Source of the DNA: Alphaproteobacteria bacterium
GTDB taxonomy: Bacteria; Pseudomonadota; Alphaproteobacteria; UBA9219
Direction: 5' to 3'
Assembly: GCA_028866275.1 (NCBI GenBank)
Contig: JAGWIK010000001.1
Location: 63,524-127,523 of the forward strand
Length of the DNA: 64,000 bases
Shown here: piece by piece, positions 8,569-17,872 of the stretch
Numbering within the stretch: the first letter of the stretch is position 1
Layout: every line of letters starts with the position of its first letter
Made by a program: the position numbers and the translations under genes
Notes under the pieces: generated by a model
What the model was told of the DNA's origin: nothing
Seen by the model: the letters and a program-made list of their open reading frames with translations, nothing else
Databases searched by the model: none

Positions 8569-10044
8569 CTAGTTCTGCAACAGCCGCCGCAGCAACTCGA
8601 CATCCTCGCGGAACGACGCGTCATAGGCGGCCAGTTCTTCGATCTTGCGCACGGCATGAATAACCGTGGTGTGGTCGCGGCCGCCGAATTTACGCCCGAT
8701 TTCGGGTAACGAACGCGGGGTCAGCTGTTTGGCCAGATACATGGCGATCTGGCGCGGGCGGGCCACGGCGCGGGCGCGCCGCGCCGAATGCATGTCGGCA
8801 ACGCGCACATTGTAATGTTCGGCGACTTTTTTCTGGATCTCGTCGATGGTGATGCGGCGTTCCGACGCGCGCAGCATGTCGGCCAGAATTTCCTGCGTCA
8901 TTTCCAAAGATATGGTGCGGCCGACCAACTGGGCATGGGCGGTAATGCGGTTCAACGCGCCTTCCAGCTCGCGCACGTTCGACGCGATTTTGTGGGCGAG
9001 GAATTCCATGACCTTGTCGGGAACGGCGCAGCCGATTTTTTCGGCCTTGGCCTGCAGGATGCCCAAACGCAATTCATAATTGGCCGGATGCAAATCGGCG
9101 ACCAGGCCCCAGCCGAGGCGCGAACGCAGACGTTCTTCCATACGGTCGAGATCCTGCGGCGATTTATCGGCGGAAATAATGACCTGACGATTGCGGTCGA
9201 CCAGCGCATTGAAGGTGTGAAAAAATTCTTCCTGCGTCGTGTCCTTGCCGCAGATGAACTGCACATCGTCGATCATCAGAACGTCGACTGAACGGAACTG
9301 TTCCTTGAACGCGACGGTGTCCTTGAACCGCAGCGCGCGCACGAACTGGTACATGAATTTTTCCGCCGACATATAAATAACGCGGCGTTGCGGATAATGG
9401 GTGCGGATATGCCAGGCGATGGCATGCATCAAATGGGTCTTGCCCAGGCCGACGCCGCCGTAAAGGAACAACGGGTTGAAAGCCGGGTTTTCGCTGTCGG
9501 CGGCGCGGCGCGCCGCGGCATAGGCTAATTCATTGGGCTTGCCGACGACGAAATTGTCGAAGGTAAAGCGCGGGTCAAGATCGGCCTCCATCGCGTCGGC
9601 AAAGGGGCCGGGGGCAACGGCGGGCGCCGGCGGGACGCGGTTGGCGGCATATCCCATCGGCGTGATCGGCGCGGCGGACGCGCCGTCGATGGCGTCTTTG
9701 GCCTGCGCGGCCTTGGCCAGCGGCGACAGGACGGCAAACGCAATGGCGCCGCGCGGCGTCAATTGTTGCCACAGGGCGCGGATCGTATCGCCATAATGCG
9801 CTTCTACCCAGTCGCGCATAAAGCGCGTCGGCAGGGTCAATGTCGCCGTCGCGACACCGGACGCGTCGCCGGCGACATCGCAGGCAATCGGCTCCAGCCA
9901 GCGGCGATAGGCGGTTTCGCCAAAGCGGTCGCGCAGCATCGCGCGCAATTCCTGCCATGCCTCGGCGCGAGGCGTCGACGCATCACGCGGCGATGTGGGC
10001 ACGCTCATGTTTTCTATACCGGTATTGATCGCCTGGGCACTCAT
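8569..10044 (-). CDS. dnaA: Chromosomal replication initiator
   Basis: [17 protein letters not shown] Walker A, IDDVQF, RELEGAL and GGRDHTTV motifs; GGAG RBS before ATG at 10044. Confidence 0.98.
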   Translation of the reverse strand: MSAQAINTGIENMSVPTSPRDASTPRAEAWQELRAMLRDRFGETAYRRWLEPIACDVAGDASGVATATLTLPTRFMRDWVEAHYGDTIRALWQQLTPRGAIAFAVLSPLAKAAQAKDAIDGASAAPITPMGYAANRVPPAPAVAPGPFADAMEADLDPRFTFDNFVVGKPNELAYAAARRAADSENPAFNPLFLYGGVGLGKTHLMHAIAWHIRTHYPQRRVIYMSAEKFMYQFVRALRFKDTVAFKEQFRSVDVLMIDDVQFICGKDTTQEEFFHTFNALVDRNRQVIISADKSPQDLDRMEERLRSRLGWGLVADLHPANYELRLGILQAKAEKIGCAVPDKVMEFLAHKIASNVRELEGALNRITAHAQLVGRTISLEMTQEILADMLRASERRITIDEIQKKVAEHYNVRVADMHSARRARAVARPRQIAMYLAKQLTPRSLPEIGRKFGGRDHTTVIHAVRKIEELAAYDASFREDVELLRRLLQN

Positions 10045-10205
10045 CGAAACTCCGTTCACTCAGCAAAATGCAAAAATAAGGAACACAGAAAACGGCACAG
10101 AAAAAACACAAACATTACCTCGTTCGAAGGCGGGAGCCTCCGACGTTTTTCGAACACGCAGATTTAAGAACAGTAAGAGGCGGGAGCCAACGTTGCCTGC
10201 GCGGC

Positions 10206-10479
10206 AGTGGATAAAAAGACGAAGCGAAAAGCGCAGACAGTCATGTTTTTTCAATCCACAATTTGGCCCGGCAACGGGCGCGGCAAGGCATCACGACAGT
10301 TCGATTGAGCATTTTGCCGGGCCTTGCGACACGCCATGCGGCTTCTTTCGAACCGAGGCAACCATAGATCAAAATTTCCGGACTTGTCCACAGGTCTGAA
10401 GCGGGAACGCGATAAAAAATTTTTCATGCGCGCGGAATTTCGTGCAGAAAAAATTTGACTCGCATGGAAAAACGGAATC
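10206..10479 (-). promoter_or_regulatory. dnaA upstream regulatory region with DnaA-box-like 9-mers and two GANTC sites
   Basis: TTATCCACT (minus, 10206-10214), CAATCCACA (10252-10260), TTGTCCACA (10384-10392); GACTC at 10457 and GAATC at 10475. Confidence 0.55.
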
Positions 10480-10545
10480 CAAAAAAATCGCCGCATCTTG
10501 CGATGCGGCGACAAAGGCGAAAATTTCTGGCGCAAGTTTTTTTGC

Positions 10546-10812
10546 TCAGCCTTTTTTGGCAGCCTTGGCGCGACGGGCCAGGCGCGACGTTTTGCGCGCC
10601 GCCGTTTTCCAATGCAGCGTGCCGCGCGATGCGCCGCGCGCCAAAACGGATTCCGCAGTGCGTTGCGCGGTCACGGCTTCGGCATTGCCCGCGGCGATGG
10701 CTTCTTCGGCCTGCTTGACGGCGGTGCGGATCGCCGAACGGCGGGCGCGGTTCAATTCGTTGCGGCGCAGGGTCTGGCGGGCGCGCTTTTCGGCTGATTT
10801 ATGGTTGGCCAT
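10546..10812 (-). CDS. rpsT: 30S ribosomal protein S20
   Basis: MANHKSAEKRARQ and LHWKTAARKTSRL; canonical position upstream of dnaA. Confidence 0.97.
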   Translation of the reverse strand: MANHKSAEKRARQTLRRNELNRARRSAIRTAVKQAEEAIAAGNAEAVTAQRTAESVLARGASRGTLHWKTAARKTSRLARRAKAAKKG

Positions 10813-11065
10813 ATCTATATCCTGATCACGTTGTTTTGTTGCGTTTGTTATTCAAACTTCATGGCGCGTCTGCCCCGGGGCGACACGCGAAGGGGCATTC
10901 AATACGCGCGGTTGGCGCGACGGTCAAGGATTGAATCGCGTTAACATTGTTTTTTTGCGCCTTTCGGCGCGCGACGCGCCATATATCTTTACAAACGCAC
11001 AAGGGGGCTGATATATCACGCCCGGCGGGGATATCCTGTCTTTTAAAGGGCTTGTAGGGGCGAAC

Positions 11066-12013
11066 ATGAAGTTGATCGCGGGCAATAGCAACCGTCCTCT
11101 GGCCGAAGCGATTGCGCAAAATCTGGGCATGGGGTTAACCCAGGCAACCATCCGCCGCTTTGCCGATATGGAAGTCTTCGTTGAAATCCTTGAAAATGTT
11201 CGCGGCGAAGACGTGTTCGTTATCCAGCCGACCTCGTTCCCGGCCAACGATACGTTAATGGAATTGTTAATCATGATCGACGCGCTGCGCCGCGCGTCGG
11301 CGCGCCGCGTGACCGCGGTGATCCCTTATTACGGCTATGCAAGGCAGGATCGCAAAACCAGCTCGCGCTCGCCGATCACCGCCAAACTTGTCGCCAACCT
11401 TATCACCACCGCCGGCGCCAACCGCGTGCTGACGCTCGATTTGCATGCCGGCCAGATTCAGGGCTTTTTCGATATTCCTGTCGACAATCTGTTCGTCGGG
11501 CCCGTTTTTGTGCGCCATGTGCGCGATACGCTGTCGGTGCAGGGCAAATTGCCGTCCAGCCTGACGGTGGTCAGCCCCGATGTCGGCGGCGTGGTGCGCG
11601 CCCGCGCGATGGCGAAAAAACTCGATGCGGGTCTTGCCATCATCGACAAACGCCGCGAACGCGCAGGCGAATCCGAAGTTATGCATATCATCGGCGATGT
11701 CGAAGGCCATGATTGCATCATGCTCGATGATATCGTCGACAGCGCGGGGACATTATGTAACGCCGCCCGCGCGTTAAAGGACGCAGGCGCGCGCACCGTG
11801 ACGGCTTACGTCTCGCACGGCGTGCTGTCGGGCGAAGCGGTCGATCGCATTAATAAATCGCCGTTTGAAAACCTGATCATCACGGATTCCATCGAAGCCA
11901 CGCCGACCGTCCTGTCTTCGCCCAAAATCAAGCAAATCAGCATCGCGCCCCTGATGGCCGAAGCCATCATCCGCATCAGCCAGGAACGTTCTGTTTCCAG
12001 TTTGTTCAGCTAA
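11066..12013 (+). CDS. prs: Ribose-phosphate pyrophosphokinase
   Basis: [33 protein letters not shown] and DDIVDSAGT motifs. Confidence 0.98.
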   Translation: MKLIAGNSNRPLAEAIAQNLGMGLTQATIRRFADMEVFVEILENVRGEDVFVIQPTSFPANDTLMELLIMIDALRRASARRVTAVIPYYGYARQDRKTSSRSPITAKLVANLITTAGANRVLTLDLHAGQIQGFFDIPVDNLFVGPVFVRHVRDTLSVQGKLPSSLTVVSPDVGGVVRARAMAKKLDAGLAIIDKRRERAGESEVMHIIGDVEGHDCIMLDDIVDSAGTLCNAARALKDAGARTVTAYVSHGVLSGEAVDRINKSPFENLIITDSIEATPTVLSSPKIKQISIAPLMAEAIIRISQERSVSSLFS

Positions 12014-12106
12014 AACAATACGTTGTGCGTTTCTTGGGCGTGCCGTCACCGCCGTCGCGAAAAGACTCGCTTTTCGTTCCCCAATCCTGCTATCACGCTG
12101 GCCATT

Positions 12107-12184
12107 GACCGGCACCCCTGGAGGCCGGTCTTCACGAAAAACCAAGGCCGCTCGCGGCCCCGTTATCGTCGCGTTGTCAGGGGG
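12107..12184 (+). ncRNA. Putative structured cis-regulatory leader (pseudoknot) upstream of rplY
   Basis: Stem GACCGGC/GCCGGTC (12107-12130); its loop CCCCTG is complementary to CAGGGG at 12178-12183. Confidence 0.45.
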
Positions 12185-12280
12185 CAGCCACGACCCGTAA
12201 CTCACCGGTTTCATGCCGGCGTTCCGCCCGTGCGCTTCTCCTCCCGGCCTCACCGATGGCGGCTTGAACGGAGAAGAAAC

Positions 12281-12982
12281 ATGACCCAAATTACCGCTTT
12301 GCCCGCCGTCGCCCGCGCCAAGGAAACCAAAGGCGCCGCCCGCGCCACGCGCCGCGAAGGCAAAGTCCCCGCCGTGATTTACGGCGACAAGCAAGACCCC
12401 ATCATGGTCGCGATCGATTATAACGTTCTGGAACGCCATGTCGGCCGCGCCAGCTTTACGACGCAGCTGTTCGATCTCGACGTCGATGGCAAAAAACACC
12501 GCGTTCTGCCGCGCGACGTCCAGTTCGACCCGGTTTCGGACCGTCCCCTGCATGTCGATTTCCTGCGCGTGTCGGCCAACACCCGCGTGCGCGTCGCCGT
12601 TCCCGTCGTCTTTATCGACAGCGAAAAATCGGCCGGCATCAAGCGCGGCGGCACCTTGAACGTCGTGCATCATGAAATCGAAGTTCTGTGCGCGCCCGAT
12701 AAAATTCCGGCCAAATTCGAAGTCAGCCTCGAAGGCCTGCAGATCAATGACGCCGTGCATCTCAGCGCGCTCAAGCTGCCTGCCGATGTCAAACTGACGA
12801 CCCACGAAAAAGACTTCACCATTGCCACCATCGCGGTGCCGTCGGCCATCCGTTCCGAAAACGAAGCGGCGGCGACGGCTTCCGCTGCGCCAGCGGCGGC
12901 AACGCCTGCGGCCGGCGCTCCGGCAGCAGCGGCGGCGGCCCCTGCGGCGGCAGCGGCCAAGAAGCCCGAAGCCAAGAAATAA
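12281..12982 (+). CDS. rplY: 50S ribosomal protein L25/general stress protein Ctc
   Basis: RREGKVPAVIYG, VQFDPVSDRPLHVDFLR, GIKRGG; GGAG RBS before 12281; prs-rplY-pth synteny. Confidence 0.97.
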   Translation: MTQITALPAVARAKETKGAARATRREGKVPAVIYGDKQDPIMVAIDYNVLERHVGRASFTTQLFDLDVDGKKHRVLPRDVQFDPVSDRPLHVDFLRVSANTRVRVAVPVVFIDSEKSAGIKRGGTLNVVHHEIEVLCAPDKIPAKFEVSLEGLQINDAVHLSALKLPADVKLTTHEKDFTIATIAVPSAIRSENEAAATASAAPAAATPAAGAPAAAAAAPAAAAAKKPEAKK

Positions 12983-12989
12983 GGAACTG

Positions 12990-13019
12990 AGGGGCGGCAC
13001 GCCATGCCGCCCCCTTTTT
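12990..13019 (+). terminator. Terminator hairpin after rplY
   Basis: GGGGCGGCA / TGCCGCCCC stem followed by CTTTTT. Confidence 0.75.
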
Positions 13020-13026
13020 CTGCGGC

Positions 13027-13611
13027 ATGAAACATCTTGTCATCGGCCTCGGCAATCCCGGCGAAGACTACGCCCGCACGCGCCACAATATCGGCTTCAT
13101 GGCCGTCGATGCGCTGGCGGGGCGATATCATTGCCCGGCGTGGAAAAAGAAATTCCGCGGCGCCGTAACCGGTGCGGATGATTTTCTGCTGTTAAAGCCT
13201 CACACTTATATGAACCTTTCCGGCGAATCCGCAGGTGAAGCGGTGCGCTTCCACAATATCGCCGTCGACAATGTCATCGTTTTTCATGACGATCTCGACC
13301 TGCCGCCCGGTCAGGTCAAAGTCAAGCAAGGCGGCGGTTCGGGCGGGCATAACGGCCTGAAATCGCTCGACGCGCATATCGGGCCGAATTATTGGCGCGT
13401 GCGGTTGGGCATTGGCCGCCCGATGACCGAACAAGGCGAACCGGTCAAGGGCGACGCCGTCACCCATTATGTGTTGAACCCGTTCCCGCGGGCCGATCAT
13501 GTCTGGCTCGATCCGTTGCTTGCGGCGCTGGCCGGTGGATTTGACCGCGCGCTGGCGGGCGATTACGCTGGCTACGTCGCCGGATTGCCCAAACCGTCTG
13601 TGAAGACATGA
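13027..13611 (+). CDS. pth: Peptidyl-tRNA hydrolase
   Basis: GLGNPG, TRHNIGF, KPHTYMNLSG, HDDLDL and GGHNGLKS motifs. Confidence 0.98.
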   Translation: MKHLVIGLGNPGEDYARTRHNIGFMAVDALAGRYHCPAWKKKFRGAVTGADDFLLLKPHTYMNLSGESAGEAVRFHNIAVDNVIVFHDDLDLPPGQVKVKQGGGSGGHNGLKSLDAHIGPNYWRVRLGIGRPMTEQGEPVKGDAVTHYVLNPFPRADHVWLDPLLAALAGGFDRALAGDYAGYVAGLPKPSVKT

Positions 13612-14483
13612 CTTATAAAATCGTCGCGCTGTATCGTTTTACGCCTGTGGCCGATCCCGCGGATCTGCGCGCGCGCCTGCTGCCGGAATTCCGGCGCCTG
13701 AATATATGCGGCACGTTGCTGGTCGCGTCCGAAGGCGTCAACGGCACGCTGGCGGGCCTGCCCGGTGATATCGACGCGATGCTGGATTTGCTGGCGCGGG
13801 ATGTCGGGCTGGATGGCGGCGAGGTCAAATTCTCGTCATCCGGTGACAAACCGTTTCATCGCCTGAAAATCCGGCTCAAACGCGAATTGATTACCTTCAA
13901 ACAGCCGTCGGCCGATCCCGCAAAAATGTGCGGCACTTATGTCGAACCGCGCGACTGGAACGCCTTGATCGCCGATCCTGAAACCGTGTTGATCGATACG
14001 CGGAATATCTATGAAACCAAGATCGGCATTTTTGCGGGCGCGCGCGATCCCGGCATCGAAAAATTTACGGACTTTGCCGCTTATGTGCGGGAAAAACTCG
14101 ACCCCGCCAAGCACAAGAAAATCGCGATGTATTGCACCGGCGGCATTCGCTGCGAAAAAGCGTCCGCCTTCATGCGCGCCGAAGGCTTTGCCGAAGTCTA
14201 TCACCTCAAGGGCGGCATCCTGAAATATCTGGAAGAAATCCCGCCCGCCGACAGCCGGTGGCAAGGCGATTGTTACGTCTTCGACAAACGCATGGGGGTC
14301 GGCCACGGCCTGCAGGCGGGCGATTACGCCATGTGTTATTGCTGCGGCTGGCCGTTGACGGCCGATGACAGAAAACACCCGCATTACGAACCGGGCGTGT
14401 CCTGCGCCCATTGCCACGGCCGCCGCAGCGACGAAGACAAAGCCCGTTTCCGCATGCGCCAGCGACAGATGGACGGGCTTTAA
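13608..14483 (+). CDS. trhO: Rhodanese-domain tRNA uridine(34) hydroxylase (UPF0176)
   Basis: EGVNGT, DTRN, MYCTGGIRCEK, LKGGILKY and CYVFDKR motifs. Confidence 0.92.
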   Translation: MTYKIVALYRFTPVADPADLRARLLPEFRRLNICGTLLVASEGVNGTLAGLPGDIDAMLDLLARDVGLDGGEVKFSSSGDKPFHRLKIRLKRELITFKQPSADPAKMCGTYVEPRDWNALIADPETVLIDTRNIYETKIGIFAGARDPGIEKFTDFAAYVREKLDPAKHKKIAMYCTGGIRCEKASAFMRAEGFAEVYHLKGGILKYLEEIPPADSRWQGDCYVFDKRMGVGHGLQAGDYAMCYCCGWPLTADDRKHPHYEPGVSCAHCHGRRSDEDKARFRMRQRQMDGL

Positions 14484-17400
14484 CCCGTGATTTCCATCAG
14501 CCGCGCGGTATAGGTCCACAGCAGGAAACACCGCACAGCCTTGCCCGGATAGACGCCGCGCAGCAGGGCGCGATATTCCGCCATCTGGCGACGGTATGCG
14601 TCGGGGATGCCGGCCTCGTCCAAAGGCGGCGGGCGGTTGGTTTTGTAATCGACAATCCATACTTCGTTATCCCGCACGCACAGCCTGTCGACCTGACGGA
14701 ACATATCGACGCCGTCGATCGTTCCCGCCAGCGCGACTTCGGCGCGGCTGTCCGGCGCAAACAAGGCGGCGAAAGCGGCGGTATCCAGCAACGCGGCGAC
14801 TTCGGCTGTGATTTCCCGCCGGTCTTCGTCGGTCAGATTGTGACGCGGCTGAGACAAAAAACGTGCCGCCGCCGCCGCGCGTTGCCCGGGCGCGATGTCG
14901 GGCAGGCTTTGCAACAAACGGTGGATAATGCGCCCGCGGGCAAAGGCGGCGTCGGGCGTCGCGGCTGAAACATCGCCGCGCGATGGCGGCGCCGCCGGCG
15001 CGGCAGGTTTGACCGCCGCTTGATAGGCCCATGCGGGCAAAGGCGGTACAGGGGCCAAGCCGGCTTGCTCTTTTTCCACGGCGACCGCCGGCGCGATTTC
15101 GGCATCGGCGAAAATCACGTCGGCATAATCGTCTTCGGCGGGGATATAGGCGCGATGCAGGGGGCGCAGCGCGGCGGCGGCCAGATCGTACCAACTGCCC
15201 GGAACGTCATTGCGCCCGCGCCAGCCGCAGATATAAAGCCGCGTCGCCGCGCGCGTCAGCGCGACATAGAATAGACGGCGGTATTCCTGCATCTGCCGCT
15301 GTCGCGCCGCGGCCCAGACGCGCGCCGCGACCCCGAAAGAAGGCTGGCGCGCCAGAAAAAACGGCGCGCCGTCGTGCCATTGGAATTTGGGCATGTCGGC
15401 CGAACGCGGCGTGGCGGCGGTGTCGGGCAGGAACACAATGGGGGCTTCCAATCCTTTGGACGCGTGCACGGTCATGATGCGCACCCTGCCTTCATCATCC
15501 GCGCCGTCGGTCTTGCCGCTGTCCATCTCGCGTTTGATCTCGGCATCCGACTGCACCAGCCAATGCAGGAAATTCTGCAAAGACGGCGCGTGGGCGCGGC
15601 CGAAATTCTGCGCGGCGGTCAATAATTCATCGATGGGGTCGATCGCTTCGTCGCCCAGCCGTTGCCACAAGGCCCGCCGCCCGCCGCCGGCGTCGCCGGG
15701 GCAGGGCAGGGCCAGCGCGCGCGACAGAAAATCGAACGGCGTCGTGTAATCGGCTTCGCCCAGACGCGCGGCCAGATAATCGCGGACGGCGGCAAAAGCG
15801 GACACATCCCTGACGCGTTGCCACAGCGATGTCGTGCGGCCTATCGCCAGTTCCATCAATTGTTCTTCGCCAAGGCCGATGATCGGGCTGCGCAACAGGG
15901 CGGCGAGGTTCAGATCGTCTTCCGGCAGCAGAACAAACCGCACCAAAGCCAGCAAATCCATGACCGGCAATTGCTGCATCAAGCGCATGCGGTCGATGCC
16001 GGTGACGGGCACCCCCGCCAGTTTCAACGCCCGCACCATCAGATCGGCAAACCGCCCGCGGCGGCGCAATAAAATCATGACGTCCGACGCCCTGACCGGC
16101 GCGTTCATGCCGGGCAGGGTTTCGCGGCGCGTCAGCCAGCCCTTGATCTTGCTTGCGATGCGCTGCGCCAGTTCGGCTTGCGGATCGCGCTCTTCCTCGT
16201 AATCGACCGGCATCTCCCACGGATCCGCGTCGCCGTCGTTTTTATCGGGTTCGATCAACGGCCATAATTCGACGCGGCCCGTTTTTTCACTGCCGTCGCG
16301 GTTGGCGTGCGGAAAATGCGTCACGGCTTCTTGCGACACGCCCTGACGCGCGGCGTCGGGCGCGAACACGGCATCGACGGCGGCTAAAATAGCCGGCGCG
16401 GAACGGAACGAGGTGTGCAGCGGAATTTTTTTCAGATCCTGCCCCGCCGCGGCGAACGTCCGGGTAAAGAAATCGCGCAAGGATAAAAACCCGTCGGGGT
16501 TCGCGCCCTGAAAGCTGAAAATCGATTGTTTTTCGTCGCCGACCACAAACAAGGTGCGGGTTACGCCGCTGCGCGCGCCCGTTCCCGCATGAAATTCTTC
16601 TGTCAAGGCGCGCACGATGTTCCATTGGGCGTCGCTGGTGTCCTGCGCTTCGTCGACCAGAATATGGTCGATGCCCTGATCCAGCTTGTACAAGATCCAC
16701 GGGCCGATATCGGGGCGCGTCAACAATTCTTCGGCGCGGCGGATCAAATCGTCATAATCCAGCGCGGCGCGCGCCCGTTTGGCCGCCGCCAGTCGCCGCG
16801 CGGCTTCACGGCCGAAAACCAACACGCTTTCGGTATGCAGGGCGATTGTCGCGGATTCGATACGTTCAAGGACGGACACAAGCCGCGCCGCTTCGCGGCC
16901 GGCGATGTCGATGATTTCAGGATGGGCGGTGCGCGTGCTTTTGCCCGCAATCTTGGATTCGGCCAAAGGCTCGTTCTTCTGCGTCAGAAACAGGCGGCAA
17001 TAATCGGCAAATCGCGCGGCGCGTTGAAGCGGCGGCGTGTCGATGATGCCTTGCAGGGTCGCGGCGCGTTTTTTCTGGGCGTCCGAATCCGCCGCCAGCC
17101 ACGCCGCCATCTGCCGCATCCGGGTTTCCGGAATCTTGGCCATCGCATCGGCGCGGAACCTGTCGGCGGTGTCGTCGGGGCCGAGGTCGAGTTGCGCGCG
17201 CATCCGCGCCGCCAGAATTTCGGGCGTTGCCGTCAGGCGCGCGCATTCCTTCAATATGTCTTTCAAAACCTTGCCGAAACCGTGCTCGCCTTGTTCGGCG
17301 ATCAGAACGCCCAGCGCGCGCGCCACCGGCGTGTCCGGCTCGGCGGTGGCGTCGCGCAACAGATCGTCGATGACATTGTCGCGCAGCGCATCGAGATCGT

Positions 17401-17872
17401 AATCCTCGATCAGGGTGAAATGCGGCGGCAATCCGGCCTCGATGGGGAAACGCGACAGAATTTCCTGGCAAAAGGAATGAATGGTGCGGATCCGCAACCC
17501 GCCGGGGCAGGCCAGCACGCTGGCGAACAAACGGCGCGCCTTGGCCATTTGGCCGGGGGCCAGGGCGGTATCCTGCAAATCGATCAGATCCGTTTCCAGA
17601 ACCGCATCGTCGCAGCTGACCCAGCGGCTAAAAGTTTCGGTGATGCGGTTTGTCATTTCCGCCGCGCCGGCGCGGGTATAGGTCAGGCACAGAATTTTTT
17701 CTGGCGGCACGCCCGCCAGCAACAACCGCGTGACACGGGCGGTCAGAACCGTGGTTTTACCCGAACCGGCGGACGCATTCACCCAAACCGATGCGTCAGG
17801 CGCCGATGCCGCGCGTTGGTAATCACGCGGCGTCAAGGACGGGGATGCAGGATGAAGGGCGGTTTGTGTCAT
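14480..17872 (-). CDS. addA: Double-strand break repair helicase/nuclease AddA
   Basis: ASAGSGKT, LVDEAQDT, GDEKQSIFSFQGA, TVHASKGLE, YVALTRA and VDYKT motifs; ATGA coupling with addB. Confidence 0.96.
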   Translation of the reverse strand: MTQTALHPASPSLTPRDYQRAASAPDASVWVNASAGSGKTTVLTARVTRLLLAGVPPEKILCLTYTRAGAAEMTNRITETFSRWVSCDDAVLETDLIDLQDTALAPGQMAKARRLFASVLACPGGLRIRTIHSFCQEILSRFPIEAGLPPHFTLIEDYDLDALRDNVIDDLLRDATAEPDTPVARALGVLIAEQGEHGFGKVLKDILKECARLTATPEILAARMRAQLDLGPDDTADRFRADAMAKIPETRMRQMAAWLAADSDAQKKRAATLQGIIDTPPLQRAARFADYCRLFLTQKNEPLAESKIAGKSTRTAHPEIIDIAGREAARLVSVLERIESATIALHTESVLVFGREAARRLAAAKRARAALDYDDLIRRAEELLTRPDIGPWILYKLDQGIDHILVDEAQDTSDAQWNIVRALTEEFHAGTGARSGVTRTLFVVGDEKQSIFSFQGANPDGFLSLRDFFTRTFAAAGQDLKKIPLHTSFRSAPAILAAVDAVFAPDAARQGVSQEAVTHFPHANRDGSEKTGRVELWPLIEPDKNDGDADPWEMPVDYEEERDPQAELAQRIASKIKGWLTRRETLPGMNAPVRASDVMILLRRRGRFADLMVRALKLAGVPVTGIDRMRLMQQLPVMDLLALVRFVLLPEDDLNLAALLRSPIIGLGEEQLMELAIGRTTSLWQRVRDVSAFAAVRDYLAARLGEADYTTPFDFLSRALALPCPGDAGGGRRALWQRLGDEAIDPIDELLTAAQNFGRAHAPSLQNFLHWLVQSDAEIKREMDSGKTDGADDEGRVRIMTVHASKGLEAPIVFLPDTAATPRSADMPKFQWHDGAPFFLARQPSFGVAARVWAAARQRQMQEYRRLFYVALTRAATRLYICGWRGRNDVPGSWYDLAAAALRPLHRAYIPAEDDYADVIFADAEIAPAVAVEKEQAGLAPVPPLPAWAYQAAVKPAAPAAPPSRGDVSAATPDAAFARGRIIHRLLQSLPDIAPGQRAAAAARFLSQPRHNLTDEDRREITAEVAALLDTAAFAALFAPDSRAEVALAGTIDGVDMFRQVDRLCVRDNEVWIVDYKTNRPPPLDEAGIPDAYRRQMAEYRALLRGVYPGKAVRCFLLWTYTARLMEITG

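Noticed and set aside
12023-12280. Extended N-termini in the ORF track for rplY, amtB, murU, gtrA, nadA, the hydrolase and rsmI
   Set aside because: Downstream starts with an RBS or ATGA coupling fit the family lengths. The extensions are upstream open frame, not fusions.
12865-12982. Ala/Pro/Lys low-complexity tail of L25
   Set aside because: Typical of Ctc-type L25 proteins.
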